The notes below the pieces were generated by a model. It had not been told where the DNA came from. It did no database searches and saw nothing but the letters and a program-made list of their open reading frames with translations. Of a stretch of DNA of 64,000 nt, positions 1 to 15,000 are shown piece by piece. A program made the position numbers and the translations under genes. The DNA lies in the NCBI GenBank assembly GCA_965637545.1, contig OZ281496.1, positions 25,172,001-25,236,000 on the forward strand, read 5' to 3'. Every line of letters starts with the position of its first letter. The stretch's first letter is position 1. The stretch is from Phallusia mammillata. Its lineage: Eukaryota.

Positions 1-3000
1 ATCTCCCCACTCGTTTATGACGGGCATGTTGACGTCATCAATGAACACCGTCATCTTTTTGCCAGCCGGAGGACCGTATGTGCTTCCCACACGCTTGTCC
101 ACATAACTCTCTATGGTTCTCTGAAATAAAGGTATTGGATTTTGACTAAAACAACAACGGCATTTTGACGCCATTTAATACTGAGATTAAATACACTGTA
201 AATTCTGCTTTGTAAATAAGTTCTGCTTTGAGCAAAGCTTCTTCACTTGTTTACCCCTTAGCAGATGTGTTGCCAAGATTTGCCGCAAGTTTTTTGACAC
301 GACGCCCTAAACCAGTGATTTTCAACCGGTGTTCCGTGAAAGATCATCAGGTGTTCCGCGAGAAATTTGCTGGTTTGAATATAGGGTTCTAATGTTTTAG
401 GCTTCTATGCTTTGACTAGTGTTTCATGTCGAACACCCATTGAAAATGTGCAATTTTCACTGATGTGCAATTTAGCGGTTACTGCGATTTAGCGTTTTAG
501 TGTCCCCCCTAGTTGTTTCATTGCATCAAAAATTGTGTTTGGTGTTCCGCAAAATTATTTTAATGCATTAAGTGTTCCGCGGCTTAAAGAAGGTTGAAAA
601 ACACTGCACTAAACCATTTGCTCGTATTTACCCCAAAAGCATGTCAAACCTTTACGATGTAAATCCACCCACTTCCGAAAACCACTATTTTAAGTGATAC
701 AAATTAAAAACTAAAAGATAATAAATCGCGCTTCAAGAGACAAAAAAGTACATCGATTTTAAAGGTAGTAATAAAACATTTTTTTAGATTTATACGTGTG
801 GTAATATTGCTGCTAACAGTTTATTTGTTTTGATACGACGAAATCTAATTAGAACGTTAATAAGACTTTAGGCGATTGAGAAACTAACCAATCACCTGCT
901 TACCTGAAACATGAAAGGAGTTGTCGCAGATGAAAAGTTAAGAGCTTTCGTGGCGTGAGATTCAGGATTGTATCTTGTGTTCATGTAACCTTTCACGATC
1001 ACAGTCTTTGCTGTTCCTTGTTCCCCGATTAACAGCACAGCTTTCTCCTGAGAAAATACAACTTGCTAAAGTTAAACCAACATTTAAACTATAGATCAAC
1101 GCAAGGTGGTTAATTTGGTAAATGCACACGTCTTTGCGTTTGCATCATTTGCATCACGTTTTTTAACAAACAAATTTTGAATACCTTAGAGTTTTTCGGC
1201 ATTTTTTGCAATATTTTAATACAGAACATATAGCACACAATTGGATACATTTTTTAGGAAAAAAACAGTTAGGTTACATTAGGTTTGATTTTAAAAATTA
1301 AAAATTTATTCTATAGTGCTTGCATCAAACTAACCAACTCAATTAAAATAGCGGTAAAAATAGACAGACAAGTTTCACTTACTTGTTTCATTACAGAGTG
1401 CATGAGATAGTCCATCCGCACATTATCGACATTAGGTACGAGTATAGACATGTACTCTGGTGTGGAGTCAGACGGGTAATCGTATGCTGGAACTCGATTT
1501 GACCAGTGTTCCCACTGTCCAGAGTCGTTGACCATATACTCGAATATTGTGTGACCACTATCTGTAGCAAAGTAACCAAGCTGTAAGTTTTTTTGTCGAT
1601 TGTACATCAAATGGCATGTTGAAAATAATTTTCTGGCAAAATAAGATTATCGTTTAAGGTCAAACGCACTTTCCAATGACATTTAGATTAGTCAAGTGGT
1701 TTCCAAATTGTGGTCTTGTAGGTGGTACGCAAGCTTATCTATGCTGATAAGATTTTAATTTGCCTTTTGACAAGAGTAAAAATACATTTACCATAAACAT
1801 TACCACCATTCATGGTACGTTAATGTGCCATAACTAATACCAAGAGGTAGTACGCTAACACTGTACGAAACTGTAAGTAAAATAGGATTGGAAATCACTG
1901 GATTAGACTTTAAAACAACCATAAATCTAGCTTTGCATGATGTATAAAATCTTTCAATGGTAGCTACAAATAGTCTTACCTTTTGGCATCGTGGGTAGAT
2001 TAAGACCACCTGTGTCTTTCTGATATTTCATGATGAAAGCTTCCATCTTTTCGCGATCGGGGAGTTCCAATAGCGCACCGAGTGACCACATGAGACAGAA
2101 TATAAACAACCTGAAAAATCATATTTAAAGCTGTTAAATATAAATCTTTACTAGTTACATGCAACCCGACCTTTCCAAATAGGATTTCTCTATTGCTTTA
2201 TTGTCGTCTGATGCGGGGATCAAGCCTTCCAGAAGTGTTAAAAGCTGTTGCACATACATGCACTCTAAGACACTCATCTTGGCAACTAGGTCTGTCTCCA
2301 CATAACGATACAGCGCTGCAAAGGACAGGGGTAAACAAAAATTGTGTCGTTTTGCAGAATGTAAATTATAACTAACCACAGAAGATGCCCTCAAAGGCTG
2401 GTAGCAGCACTTCCATCATGACATTAGGTTTTCCTTTCAACCAAGCAGTAAGAATAGGATCCCAGTTTAGTATTGAAGAGCTCATATATACCATTCCTAT
2501 CATAGAAATTATGATTAAGGGTTTATTAAAGAACATAACTAGCTTACGTAAACCGACAAAAGTTCCGTAACGCAAAAGGACTTTTTAAAGCATCCATGAG
2601 TAGCCTACTTTTTCTATTTAGCAGTAAAATTAAAAAAAACATGTAAAAGATAACAATACACATTAATAATAGGGTTTGAAAACATACAAACATGGCATGA
2701 AAGACTAGCAACCGGGTTGACAATAAAGTCAACTTTGCCGTTAAAGAGATGAAGCATGTATATTAGTCAAAGTACATTCATGGTAATGTTCAATTGCAGT
2801 TTGAAACGAAGAACCAAATTTTACTACAACCAACCGTTTCGAGAAACAGTAGCAGGGGATGCGTTGTCAATGTTGTGGGGTTCGAAAATAATTTTGCAGT
2901 TTGGAGCCATCGGGATTCGATCCCCGTTCGCAAGAGTCAATGTTTTGTTGTCGTCGAGCACAGAATTTAGGTTTTCGATCCAAATTGCATCAACTGGACC

Positions 3001-6000
3001 GTCCAGCACCAACCAAACGTTCTCACCCTGCAAAAGAAGTGCACAAGTAATTTAGATGTAAAGCACTACCGATTTTAATGTCACTTGTTTGTGAACATAA
3101 GTTAAAAAAGCATGGCCGACTTTATCAACTATTATATCCCATCATGCAAAGACTTTGTCTTATGCCAAGATACTATGACATTTCGGCAATGCTTTTGTCA
3201 TTCTCACATGGGTTTAAACCAGCAACAAGCAAAGCCATAGTGTAAAGCACGACTTTCAGTGGTTTTACTTTCTATGTGGTAAAGGATTAGCGAAACGACA
3301 TGATCTTTTACAGATATACTGACTTGCCTGTTTCTTGTTAGAAGTTTTGTAGGTATTTTTTTTAAATAAGTGCTTTTACCTTCTTGGCTTTGTGCGTTCT
3401 CCTCCACAGAGTTGAAAAAATGCCATCGGTCCAATCATTTGTGGCGACATCCAAGGAACCGAACATTTGAGAGGCAGTTATCGCTTTTGGATTCATCCGC
3501 ATTTCACGATGAGGACTAGAAAATCGGTAATTAACAAACGTCTGCTTTACCTCCTTGAACAGGTATTTCATGAAAGACTGTTGCCATGCATATTTTACAA
3601 TTGTGATGTCTGTAAGCGCTATAAGAACACATGTGTTGCATTGTGTATTATTTGTGTTGTATTATGGTCGAACATCGCAAATTTTAATTTAGACAAATGA
3701 GCATTAAACAGAAACTGCAAAATTGACAGTTAGCAAATGAATTTATCAAATTTAGGAATGTGTATTCCATTAGCGTTAACCCAACAAAAGGAAGCACGAA
3801 AATAGGTAGACTAAAAGTCACACCTGCCACATTCTGTCATGGCCTTCATCAGCACGTGAATGCAATTTGTTTTTCCAGCCCCACTTGGTCCCAACGTCAT
3901 CATTCCATGACGTACTCTTTGTGTCTCGTAGAGCTGTATAAGCTTGAGGACCCACGGTGGATGGAAAATCAAACCCATTTCTGTACACTACAAACAAAAA
4001 CTAGCAATAATCATTTAAAACAAACATGTTCTCCAATTTTTAACAGTAATAAATAATTGTGTAACTGCATGCAGGCATGGGGAACCTATGCATTTGCTGC
4101 CTTGTTGTATACCTTTCTTAACAAAGTTCTGATGCGATTGAATACTTGTAATTTCCGACCAAAGATTTCCCGTTTTGTAAGGGAAAAGTAAACGTAGTGT
4201 TTGTAATGTAAGCAGTGCATGTTATTGACCCGTGATTAGCCAAGCTTTACAGTGGCGTTACCAATATACTAGGTGACAATTGATGGTCGCAATATTTTAA
4301 AGTTAAGCAAAGAAACATATTTTGGTTGTTCCCCAAGCACATTGTGTTCAATTAATATGTTTTCTGTTTCGAAAGCCCAGGTAATAGACTCATAAAACTT
4401 TAAAACTTGTTTCTACAATACAAACTATACTTTCCTTCATACATACCTGATGTTCGATAGCTGCCTCAATTTGTGGATATCCAGCCTTCTCCAGCTGGAT
4501 GCCTGGAAATAGATCATTGATGAGTGAGAGGAAAAGGGGCTCGTCCTCGTCCACCAGTTTGGAGAGATTCATATCCCGAAGAATCCTCATCACGATCTTC
4601 ATCTCAGAATCTCCAGGACTCGAGCGCTTTGCTGCTCCCAGTGTCCGAAGTACGGAAAGGATGTTGCGAAGTCCAAAATCATAATGAACCTGTAAGTAAA
4701 AAGTACTGAATTTAACATGCAAAATAACACCAAAAAGATAGAAAGTTTTGTATTTTTTTATTATTGCCAGTGTTAGGCAGGTCAAAAATACCTGTGAGTT
4801 TAATATTATTTGCTCCATAGATGTTGCATAAAATGGATAGAGTCAAACTGACAATTCTCATTTTGCGCGTTTTGTTATGTATTGGTTTACAACTTGAAAC
4901 ATTTTTTCGTCGCGTTGCGAATGCATGCTTAGCATTATGGGCAATTTATCAAATTCGGTTTCTACTGTGGATGTACTACATACGGACTAGAAAACTAGTT
5001 TGGTCAAAAACAAAACTGCAGGACAGCTTGTGTATATAAATACAAAGTATCGCAGAAGTTCCCAAAAACACTTTTGGCATTATCAGCGCAAGGTGCTAGA
5101 GTTTCTATTATTATCCATACCTGCTTAGTAAGTTGTTCCTCACATAACTTGTACAAGGTGTAGAACTTTCTAGAAAGTTGGACGTTGTCAACAAAACCAC
5201 AAGCGGCAAGTTTGACTCGCATAATGATCTGACGATCGGGAACCATCATCGCCACTAATCGGAAGTTTATTTTCAGATTTTCCGGAAGTTCTTGTCGTCC
5301 TGCGTAGCCAGGATTCTGTGAAAGGAAAATATGATCTCTTAATGTCTGTAATATATATAGTCTAGAATATATGACTAAGACTGCAGACTAAGTAGTTAGA
5401 ACATATAAGCGTAAATGTAATTGAGCAACATACCAAAAAAGCATAACAATAAAATAATAATAAAATAAATAATGAAAAAAATATTATTCCCGTTTATTCA
5501 GCTACATAATTCTGCTGTTACAAAATATCAAATTCAAGGCAGCACGATATTTTATTTAAAATGGTTCTGTTGTTTTCCAAACTGACGATAGATTTATATT
5601 CCAAACTAAAATAAGGCTGAATGCCGTTTAATGTACCATTGTTAGGAAAAGTCCAAATTCTGGATTCAGAGACACCAAGTCCCCATCAGTAAATATGAAC
5701 GACTTTTTCCGGTCTTTCTTTGCACCAAGTACAATCGCAATCTGCTGTGCGGCTACAGACAAGACGGGAAGTTCGATTCGGTTGAATTCGTCGAAACAAC
5801 CCCAAGAACCAGATTGTGCTAAACCTGTACAAATCAAAAGAAATGTTTACAAGTGTGATTATGGATAACTTCATGTATCAATGCATGACAATCTATGACA
5901 AGTTTAATAAACAAATCGAGTAATTTTGAAAATATTGAACAAACAAATTACAGTTTAATGGTGAAAATAACGGCCCAAATAGACGTAAAAAGCGTGATAT

Positions 6001-9000
6001 CACTGATGATGGCATGAGCATTTGCCGAAACGTTTGAACAATAAAGCATGTCGCTTTTTACGTCTATTTGGGCCGTTATTTTCACCAATAAACTTATGAA
6101 CAGATCCGTATATAGTGTTACAAATTACAGTTTGCTTAAATACTAACTGTTTACATTTTACACAAAACAAATGCTCAAAACTAATGTAAACATAAAAACA
6201 TTGGTTCCGAACAGGGGAGAAAATTCTCCCAAGGAACAAATTCTGAAACTCGAGGGGAGGAATTTACATTAATTTTTACATTTAGTTTGAAAATGGACAC
6301 TTTAGCTCTGGTAATATAACCCGTGAAGTTAATAAAAGACCCAATTTTCAATAATCTTAGTATAGGTAAACATTTATTATATAGTGTATTGGTGAGGAAT
6401 GAAAATGTTTTGAATTGTTAAGTGAGGGTCGAAAATGGTTGGGAACCACTGGTTTAGTGAATCAGATTTTAGACAAAACAGTTTAGGTACGTTTTCCATT
6501 GTATTTCGTTTATGTTCCCACAATTGTTTTACCTTTGTATATTCTACCCAGGCCACGGTAATCCATTTGGTCAGAGCAGTTAAAAACCACGACGTATTTG
6601 CCCAAGCATTTTCCCATGTCCTTAGTGGTCTCCGTCTTTCCTGTACCCGCTGGACCAGCAGGAGAAGCCCCCAAACTCATACCAAGGGCTTGAGCAAGTG
6701 TAATGTAACATCTGCAAATGTAGATGTAGAGTTATTTTTAGTGTGTTGTCGAAAAAAACATTATAAACAAGTTTGTGCATGCGTCTTGTCAATAGCTAGA
6801 TGTTGCGTGTGTACCAAACTAATTACAACAATAAGTATGATTAAAAAGAATATTTGTAAAAAATCATATATACTGTACAGAGACCCAGTGCACAAACATT
6901 TAACTTATTGAAAGTTACTGATTACCATGCAGTATTTGATACGAATGAGTCTGAAATAACAGGAGCAACCCTAGCCTAATACAAAGCATAAAGGTGGAAT
7001 GTTTACTTTAATGTTAGCCTAGTACATTTGGTCTGTTGTAAAGCAGTTAAATGAAAAACAAACAGTTTAACAAATGAGACCTGTCAGTGAGAGGAGTAAT
7101 CACAAGTCGGTCTGTGCATCCCAAGTACTCGTTCTGATAATCAAAGTTGACATCTGTAATCGACACCAAACATCGATCTGTGTCTTCTTGAAAGTAGAAA
7201 CGGGATTGCTTCAACCACTCGAAGTCTGACACTGATTTGATATGCATATGAACCTAAACAGATCAACAAAACCGTTTGCACTGAAATCAAATCGCTATTT
7301 ACTAGTAAGGTACCTGAAGGTATATAGGCCCGGAAGGTAATAAGGCCCACTGTTAATATTTTTTCATGTGCCAGAAAAAATACTTCCGTTTTGATGTAAT
7401 TTTAATATATATACGTACTTAAAATGATTTACAAAGTTTTGGACCTGCAAGTTATATGTAATTGTTATTATGACCAATCCAAATTTTGAAGTGTTTATTT
7501 TCAACTTTTTATTATTTTTTGTTAAAATTGGTAGCAAAAATGAAAAAGTTGTGTTGTCGAAATGAAAACTTATTAAGATATATTAGTAATGGGGTCATTT
7601 TAGTTTAATTGGAGCATTATCCCATCTGGAAAAAAGAATTGCTTCAAATAAATTTTATTACGGTTTTGTTTGTCAGCCATTGCTTGCAATAAGGCCCAAC
7701 GATAATTTGTCATTTTCTCAAGTGTCGTTTATACTAAAGGCGAATGATATGCACAAAATTTGTTTTTTTTTGCTTTCTTAGGGAGATAAAAAGTCCGAAT
7801 AAGATGTTTGTAGAAGTAATTTTTCATTTGGTATTTTTGGTTATCATATGTCAAGGGGTCGTTTATTCTTTTTTTAGTACCTTCAGATTAACAGATATAT
7901 GTCTTAGTTAACAGCATACGTGTAATATGAGTTAATAACGTTGCTTGTTTGAACTTTTATTTGACCGAAGCAAAGTATAAATGAGTCTGATTGCTTTCTA
8001 GACTGGTATTAAAAACATGAAAATGTTGGGCTTTATTAACAGCATAGGTTTGTAATAAGGCCCAAGTTTTAATTTTTTTTTGTTATCCCACAAAAACGAA
8101 ACATGCAAACGTCCTCAAAATTCAATGGATGTTTAATATCAACCTCTGCAACAATCATGCCGAATTTGGCCCGGAACGGTTAAATGGTTTTTCAGTTATA
8201 CGCAATAGTTTTTTAATGGGCCTTGTTAGCTGCAGGTACCTTATAAGTTTACAAAGTACGACACATTTTGTTAATGGTAACGGTTCCATAATGTCACCAA
8301 AATTGTTTGCTGTTCATGTGATTTGTAAACAGTTTACCAGGTCATCGAATATGTCCCTCTGGTGGACATGAATCGTCACAAGGGTTTCGTATTTTACTCG
8401 TTCGGTCTTGGTAAGATCTTTAGTGGTCACTCCAATCAACTCATTGAGCATGTCCAGAAAACGCTGATTGGTTGTTTGCATGATCTGCATAAAACAGCGA
8501 ATTGGCTCCTTACTTAGTTTAATAAAATGGTAAGATGGGTATAAAAATCTCTTTTCAGAACATATCGACTATTACACATACTAAAATTGTCAAACATTTT
8601 CTGTTTTGACCAAGAAAAGAAAAACACCCCACTAAAGCCACCCAAAGATTAGATATTCTTAAAAGCCGTGCTTTATAAATCCAAACGTTTTGTAGTAACC
8701 ATATAAATTCACAAAATCCATAAACCCAAAAGTAAAACCGAGCCTGAATATGGCTGGTGTATTAAAGAAATAAAACCAGTCGTTGAACTAAAGGTGTTTT
8801 GGTTTGAAATGTATAGGTCTGCATACCCTTGATTGAAAACTACTGGTTTGGAGCAAAAATATGTACTTTCGTTGGAAGTTTACCTTACGATCGGTCTTTG
8901 CATTCTTCAACGCAACCTCGCTATCTCTTGTCCATATCATCTGTATTCCAAGCAAACCGATTTGAGCAGGAAACATTCCCTGAATAAAAGTATTAAGTTG

Positions 9001-12000
9001 TTTTAAAACTCCACGACTAACATAGCCAGTTCAATAACAGATAGGCAAGAGTGTTAGCTTTACCTGGAATTCGAGCATCTTAAAAGCAGAGTCTTCAATT
9101 CCGTAGTAAGCTTGCCTGATAATGCAGTGAATGCTGTTCTGCACTTCTTTCAGCAAGTTGCCCAACCATACTTCAACATTACCCTAAAAATATAAACCAT
9201 ACAGTACAGTGACAGTCTTTGAAGGTATGGAAATCAAAACCATCAGTCAAGGGAGGGGTAACATATTTAAAAAAAAAACACGTTTTGTCATGATTTCTAA
9301 CCCGGGTTAGATCTAGCTGAGTCGGCCAAGTCCTCCAAAATGCTATCTGCACTCTTACAGTTGTGAGTCGGGTCGGGCTTTTGAGGTCGGTTTGGGTTCG
9401 TGCCGGGTTCAGGTTAAAGTTTAAATATATGTGCCTGATTCAGGTCTGACGTCACTTACTTTAGGACCCATTTCAGGAAATGTTTTGAGAAAAAACAGGT
9501 GTGGATCGAGTTTTGAGCTTGTAATTTCGCGGTCGTGCACTGTACAGTAATGTACACCCGGGTTTGAGGATTGGTTCTAAGGGTTTATCGTGTATAGGTG
9601 CTGGTTAACAGTAGAAAAAATGCAGCAACCTGAGCAATAACAGGTTTCTCAAGATCGACGTGTTCTTTTTCTCTTGAGTTAACACCAGTGATCTTGTCAT
9701 ATTCCTTCTCGTGAAAAGTTGCAGTGCAGACGTTGTCGAACACCCCGACTAGATGAGCCTATATTTTTATGCAAATAAAGTATAGTATGTACTGAATTGT
9801 AGTGATAAGTAGTGGTATTAAATTGAGTTTATTTCGCTGGGTGAAATAAAATGTTGTTTGCTACCTGAATACTGTGGGAGTTGCTTGCTTGTCCGAGGAT
9901 TTCAAGCAAAGAGGGATCCGAGACAAAAAAGAAACGAGGAAAAACCAGTCTCTTCTTCTCCAAGTATCCTGTAAGCAACCACAGTTAGTTTGCCTTAGTA
10001 GTGGCATTTGTTTAGCAAAGGATTCATTCTTATACAACGATTTAATCACAAATCAGTACAGCAGTTAATGTGGGGCTAGGATACAGAAATCGTTCGAGTT
10101 TTCCCTGTTAGATTCTATTTAAACAAGATACTGAAAATGCCTATTCCTCAGATACGTTTGGAGGCTTTGAACTTATCGGAGTTTACTGTCTGATACTATA
10201 CGCGACAGTTGTCTCCATCGCTAATAATTAGTCTCTGGTGAGTCGTGATTTTATATTATGCTATACACAGTTTAGTTTTTTTCCGTTTGTTAAGATTGCG
10301 TTTAAACTTGTTGAACATTTTTTTCAAGTTTAAACTCCGTAACCAAACAAGTCAGCTCTACCTGTCAAGGATTTTTGACAAATCTCCAGTTGTTCGAGCA
10401 AATGTGGAAGCAACTGATCCAAGGTGTCGTCTCCCACACAACAAGATACAACATTAGTATTCTCATGAGCTCTCTGCATGATTTTCAACCACGATTTGTC
10501 GATATTTGAAAACCGTTTAGCTTCCTGCAACCAAACCATAGTAACAGTAAATAGGTGTAGATTGCCCAACAAAAGTTAAAAATACTGCCAAGACAAGAAA
10601 TACTAACAAATACTGACAGTATTTTTTACTGTTTAAACTAACTATGCTCTTAGTAATTTAGCACATTTCAAACTGTCCGGGTTACAAAATACACAAATGT
10701 TTGCTTTTGGGGAAATCACCTACAAATGTTGGTGTAGATGTTTTTTTATGTGTTAAATCTTAACAAACCTGCGGAAGTTGCTTTGCGATATCACCACCTA
10801 CAAACACGGCTTCCAGATAAATCCACAAATTCTGTACTGTCATCCACTGTTCTATGATTTCGGTGGTGCCAGATAACTTGTTCACCCACAGTTGAATTTT
10901 CGGCTTGAACGGTACGTTGTATCTGTGTAGTAATGAAAAACGACAGTTTTCGGCATAAGTCATGATCATGATTGAAACTTTATAAAGAAGTGAAAAATTA
11001 TCATGTAAATTTAACTTCAAAACAAAGTAGGAGTGTGTGCAATTAGACTTTGATTAGTTACCACCTGATCTGCATACTTTAGACACATTAAGGTTCTAGG
11101 TCTCCAAAAAGACTTGGCACACCCGGTGTACAGCGATTTATATAAGAATGTCGACGTCCTTGAGCAACAATGACTCTTCAACGCGAAATCAATTCATAAA
11201 TTGGAATGTAAATTAGAGAATGTAATATCAACCTCTACAAAATCCGTACTAATAGTAAACTGAACGGTTTGCCGCCCGGAGGTAACAGATTGTTGCTGCT
11301 ATATTTAAACGGTTTGTCCTGAGAGGGGATCAGAATCCTATTTACCAGCGGCGTGGCAATAAACAAGCAAATAAAAAAATAACAATCGCCAAAACAAACC
11401 AAAATTATATGGAATCTAAAGTTCACAAACTGGTTCCAACATGTTAATCTCAAATGATCATTAACGTTTTGCCTATTAAGGGCGTTTTGAAATCAACAAG
11501 CTAAAGGGGCAACACAGGGCTAAATAGTCATAAATTCGCATCACTGCACACAATTACCTGTTGCTTAGTAGGGAAGCTAAAACCATCAGACTGTCTTCCA
11601 GTAGAGCCACAATTTCTTGAATGTCTTGCCCCTTTAACAACAGCTCGCCACGTGATTTAAACGGTGAGAATGTAAAATTTTGTCCTTCCCATTCAGCAAT
11701 GGTCGACTTCAGTTTAGCTTCTATGTCTTTCTCTTTGGTTGCCGAAATACAAATGTCCTAAATATAAACCATTAGTTGATATTTGAAACGTGTTATTATT
11801 AGCCCGATTTTAAGACAAACCTTACACAAATTTCCTAAATATAAAATATTTTTCAATCAATGACAATGTATGTTCTTACATTAGACATATAATGGTTATT
11901 TTTAAAAAGCCACTAATTGCAAGGGGTAAAAGTCATATTTAAAGATTTTAATATAACAAAACCCATGTTTTTTTATACTATCACCCTTGTACACGTTTTT

Positions 12001-15000
12001 TTTCTTGAGATAAAAAAGTCTGTAATACCGTACTGTTACCTCTAAAATACACTAACTTATGAGTACAACAGAACGAAAAACGATTTTTCGTAGCAACGTT
12101 TACCTCTATTTCGTCTTTGTTAGGAAGTATTGGGGCCTCCATGATATGACGTAGCAGAAAGCTGTCAGATTCCACATCAAACGTGTGACCAGTCAATTTG
12201 GCTATTCGGTCCCAATGTCTCGATTTCATCGCCTATTCAAAATAAATTAATTCTTAAAATAAACAACAGTATATACTTAACACTTGGGTTACTGTATTTG
12301 AAAATGTTATTTTCGCTTGTGTCGCAATGTAACCATAATAACGAATTGTAAGTTCAAGATAGGCAAAGACCTGGCATTGAACACCCCAATTCGAAGACTG
12401 TGTTGCTTAAGCTCCAAAAACGGTTGTGTTACGAAACTTCTTATGCTAAAACGTGTTGTTCAAACTGCATAAGAATCTTTGGAGCCAGGTTTTGTGTAAA
12501 ACAACTACATAAGCAATATACTAAAATTTGGTACTGTCAAAAAGTTTTACTTTACCTTATTTGCCATCATTTCCAGTAGAGGGCAGCATTCACTGAAGTC
12601 GTCAATCTTTTTCTTCAGATCGAGAAACGCCCTCCATTCCTTAAGCCCGCGCGGTAGCTTACGACATTTGTTCTGAAACTCGATTAACTCGTTGTTGACG
12701 ACTTCGATGTCCAGCTCTTGCCACATGATGTCGTAGTAACCATCCACGCTACTGTTAACCTAAAAGTTATAATGTTTTCGAAGTGAAAGTACTTTTAGAT
12801 GTTTGACGCTTGAAGCGATGAGATTCCGAATCTGCGTTTGCATCCTAACCATGCATTCGTTTTGGGCGACAAAAGATTTCAAGGGATGCTAGCGCTCTTG
12901 CTACGACAAAACAACGTGCTAGAACACTTATTGATTGTCAGTTTGACTTTTTAATGAAAAACAACCTGACATGAGAAATATTGGACAAATAATTTATTTT
13001 CAATTGTACTTTCAAGGTTTTACCATTACATTTACCATTTAAGGATGGTTTGACCGTCGTTGCCAAGTTACAAACGAATCACAATCTTTTGTCCCAAGAT
13101 AAAATCACGATAATGCTTTTTGTGTGGTTAGTGTTCACGAGTGTTAAACAAATATATGGTACGTAGCTAAGTGAAAAAAACACGAGTAGCAATAAATTGT
13201 TCGAAAAAAACAAATCTAGTAAGCAAAATGCCAGTTTAACCGAAAAAAAAACGCCAAAATTCGGTACATCAGTGTTCATAAAATAATTATACTGTATTAC
13301 CGCATTGTACAAGGTGTAAAGCTTAGATAGCAAATTCAGCTCCTTTTTGATTTTGTGCAAGGCCGGGTATTCAGTCTTGCACAGACCGAACAATTCCTCC
13401 CCACCAGAATATGTAGCAAATTTCCTCCATAGATCGTCAAAGCGACATTGAAACACCGTGAGTCTCTCGCTAGCCTCTTGTGGCGGGATTCCTTGAATAT
13501 TCGGGCCTCTATAACCATTTGATTTTAAAATATATGAAGGAAAAGGCAAGCGGATAACAAGGCACTAATTCATACTTTTGCATTTGTGTTTTAGCCCTCG
13601 TTAACAAAACAATTGGACACGTTGATTACTTTACAATTTCAATCAAGTGGGTGACTTTTAACCTACGGTGTTTACACCCCAATTGTTGATTTGGGGGTGA
13701 TTACATTAACATATTTTAGTTCTGCGATGTCCAAGTTGGTAATTTAGTTTTTTGAATAGAGGCTTAATGAAACCCATCTGGGGGTAATTATAACCAAAAG
13801 GTTTAGATCCATTAAATTAAGCGAACTATTACATTTATCACAAAAAACATTTTATACTTTTAACTTTAAACTCGCTTGTTTTGAAACTGTATCGTTTTCT
13901 AGTCTCGCATTTTTACCTTTCTACATAGTCGGTTTCGAATTGATCTACGTCTTTTATAAACTGGGTGACTCCGTCAAGCAAGTTGGCTCGAAACGTGGGT
14001 TGAACTTCGAGCAAATTGGTTTGAGCTTCCTTCGATTGCTGGTTAACAGTTCGCCAAGCATAACCAAGTGAATCAACTCTCTCCGCATTGCCATCGTCAA
14101 ATGTAAGTTCCATTCTAACAAAAATATAGAGGGGATTTGAGGGGGATATATAATGTGTGTTCATAATGTGAAAAAAACCTCTATACATTGCTATGTCGGT
14201 CCAGTTTTTGTCTCTGACATTGTCGCTATAACAACGTGTCGTAAAAAGATGCCAACAAGGTTAGGAGTGTCATCACCAAACGCTAAACTAGCCAATCGAA
14301 CGTATGTTCCTATTTAAGTTTGTTACATTAATCTCAAAGCAACGTATTGTTGTTACAAGGTACTTCTTATTAAACATGCGATTATCAGAAACTATTCCTG
14401 ATTCTAGTTTTGGTGGTTGCTTTTGGTTGTGTATTTGTGCAACACCATATGAAAAAGAGTGGCAAAACGAATCTCCTTTAAAAGTTTGGCCGCGACAATT
14501 GGAGAGGTAAAATAACTCTTGTCACTAAACCGACTGCAGCTCATTTGGAAAAGCACGTAGCCGAATAAGCTATATCGTTGTGGGTTCGAATCTCACGACC
14601 TGTAAGTTTGTTGCCCACGCCTTGCTACATACAAATAGCAAGGTTGATTGAAATATGGCAGTAAAAGAGAGAATAGTGTCAAGAGCACCTATTAAATAAA
14701 ATTACCATGCACAAGTATATTGGTCACCACATTCAAATCTATTTCCGATTTTAAAACATTAAAGAAAACGTGTGATAAAATCTAAATAATTTACTTGTTT
14801 AGCAAGCCGTAAGCTTCCTCTAGAGGCGCAATGGTCCCTTCAACGCGTATCTCGTTCTGACGTAACTCCTCGAGTGCTCCCATTGAAGTACGGATGTCGT
14901 CAAGGTCGTCTAGAGGTCGAGTAAGTCGCTTACCAAGGTTGTCAACAAACACAAAAATTTCCTGCAAAATAAAGTTCAGGCGTTTGTGCTGCATCTGTAC

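Noticed and set aside
6000-6239. Shared peptide [15 protein letters not shown] in ORFs at 6.0 and 23.4 kb
   Set aside because: Translation of the same non-coding pLTR repeat, not a protein motif.
9300-9545. CGGG-rich patches here and at about 22690-22890, 26140-26280, 46838 and 61739
   Set aside because: Probably old MITE remnants, but paired TIRs and TSDs could not be established.
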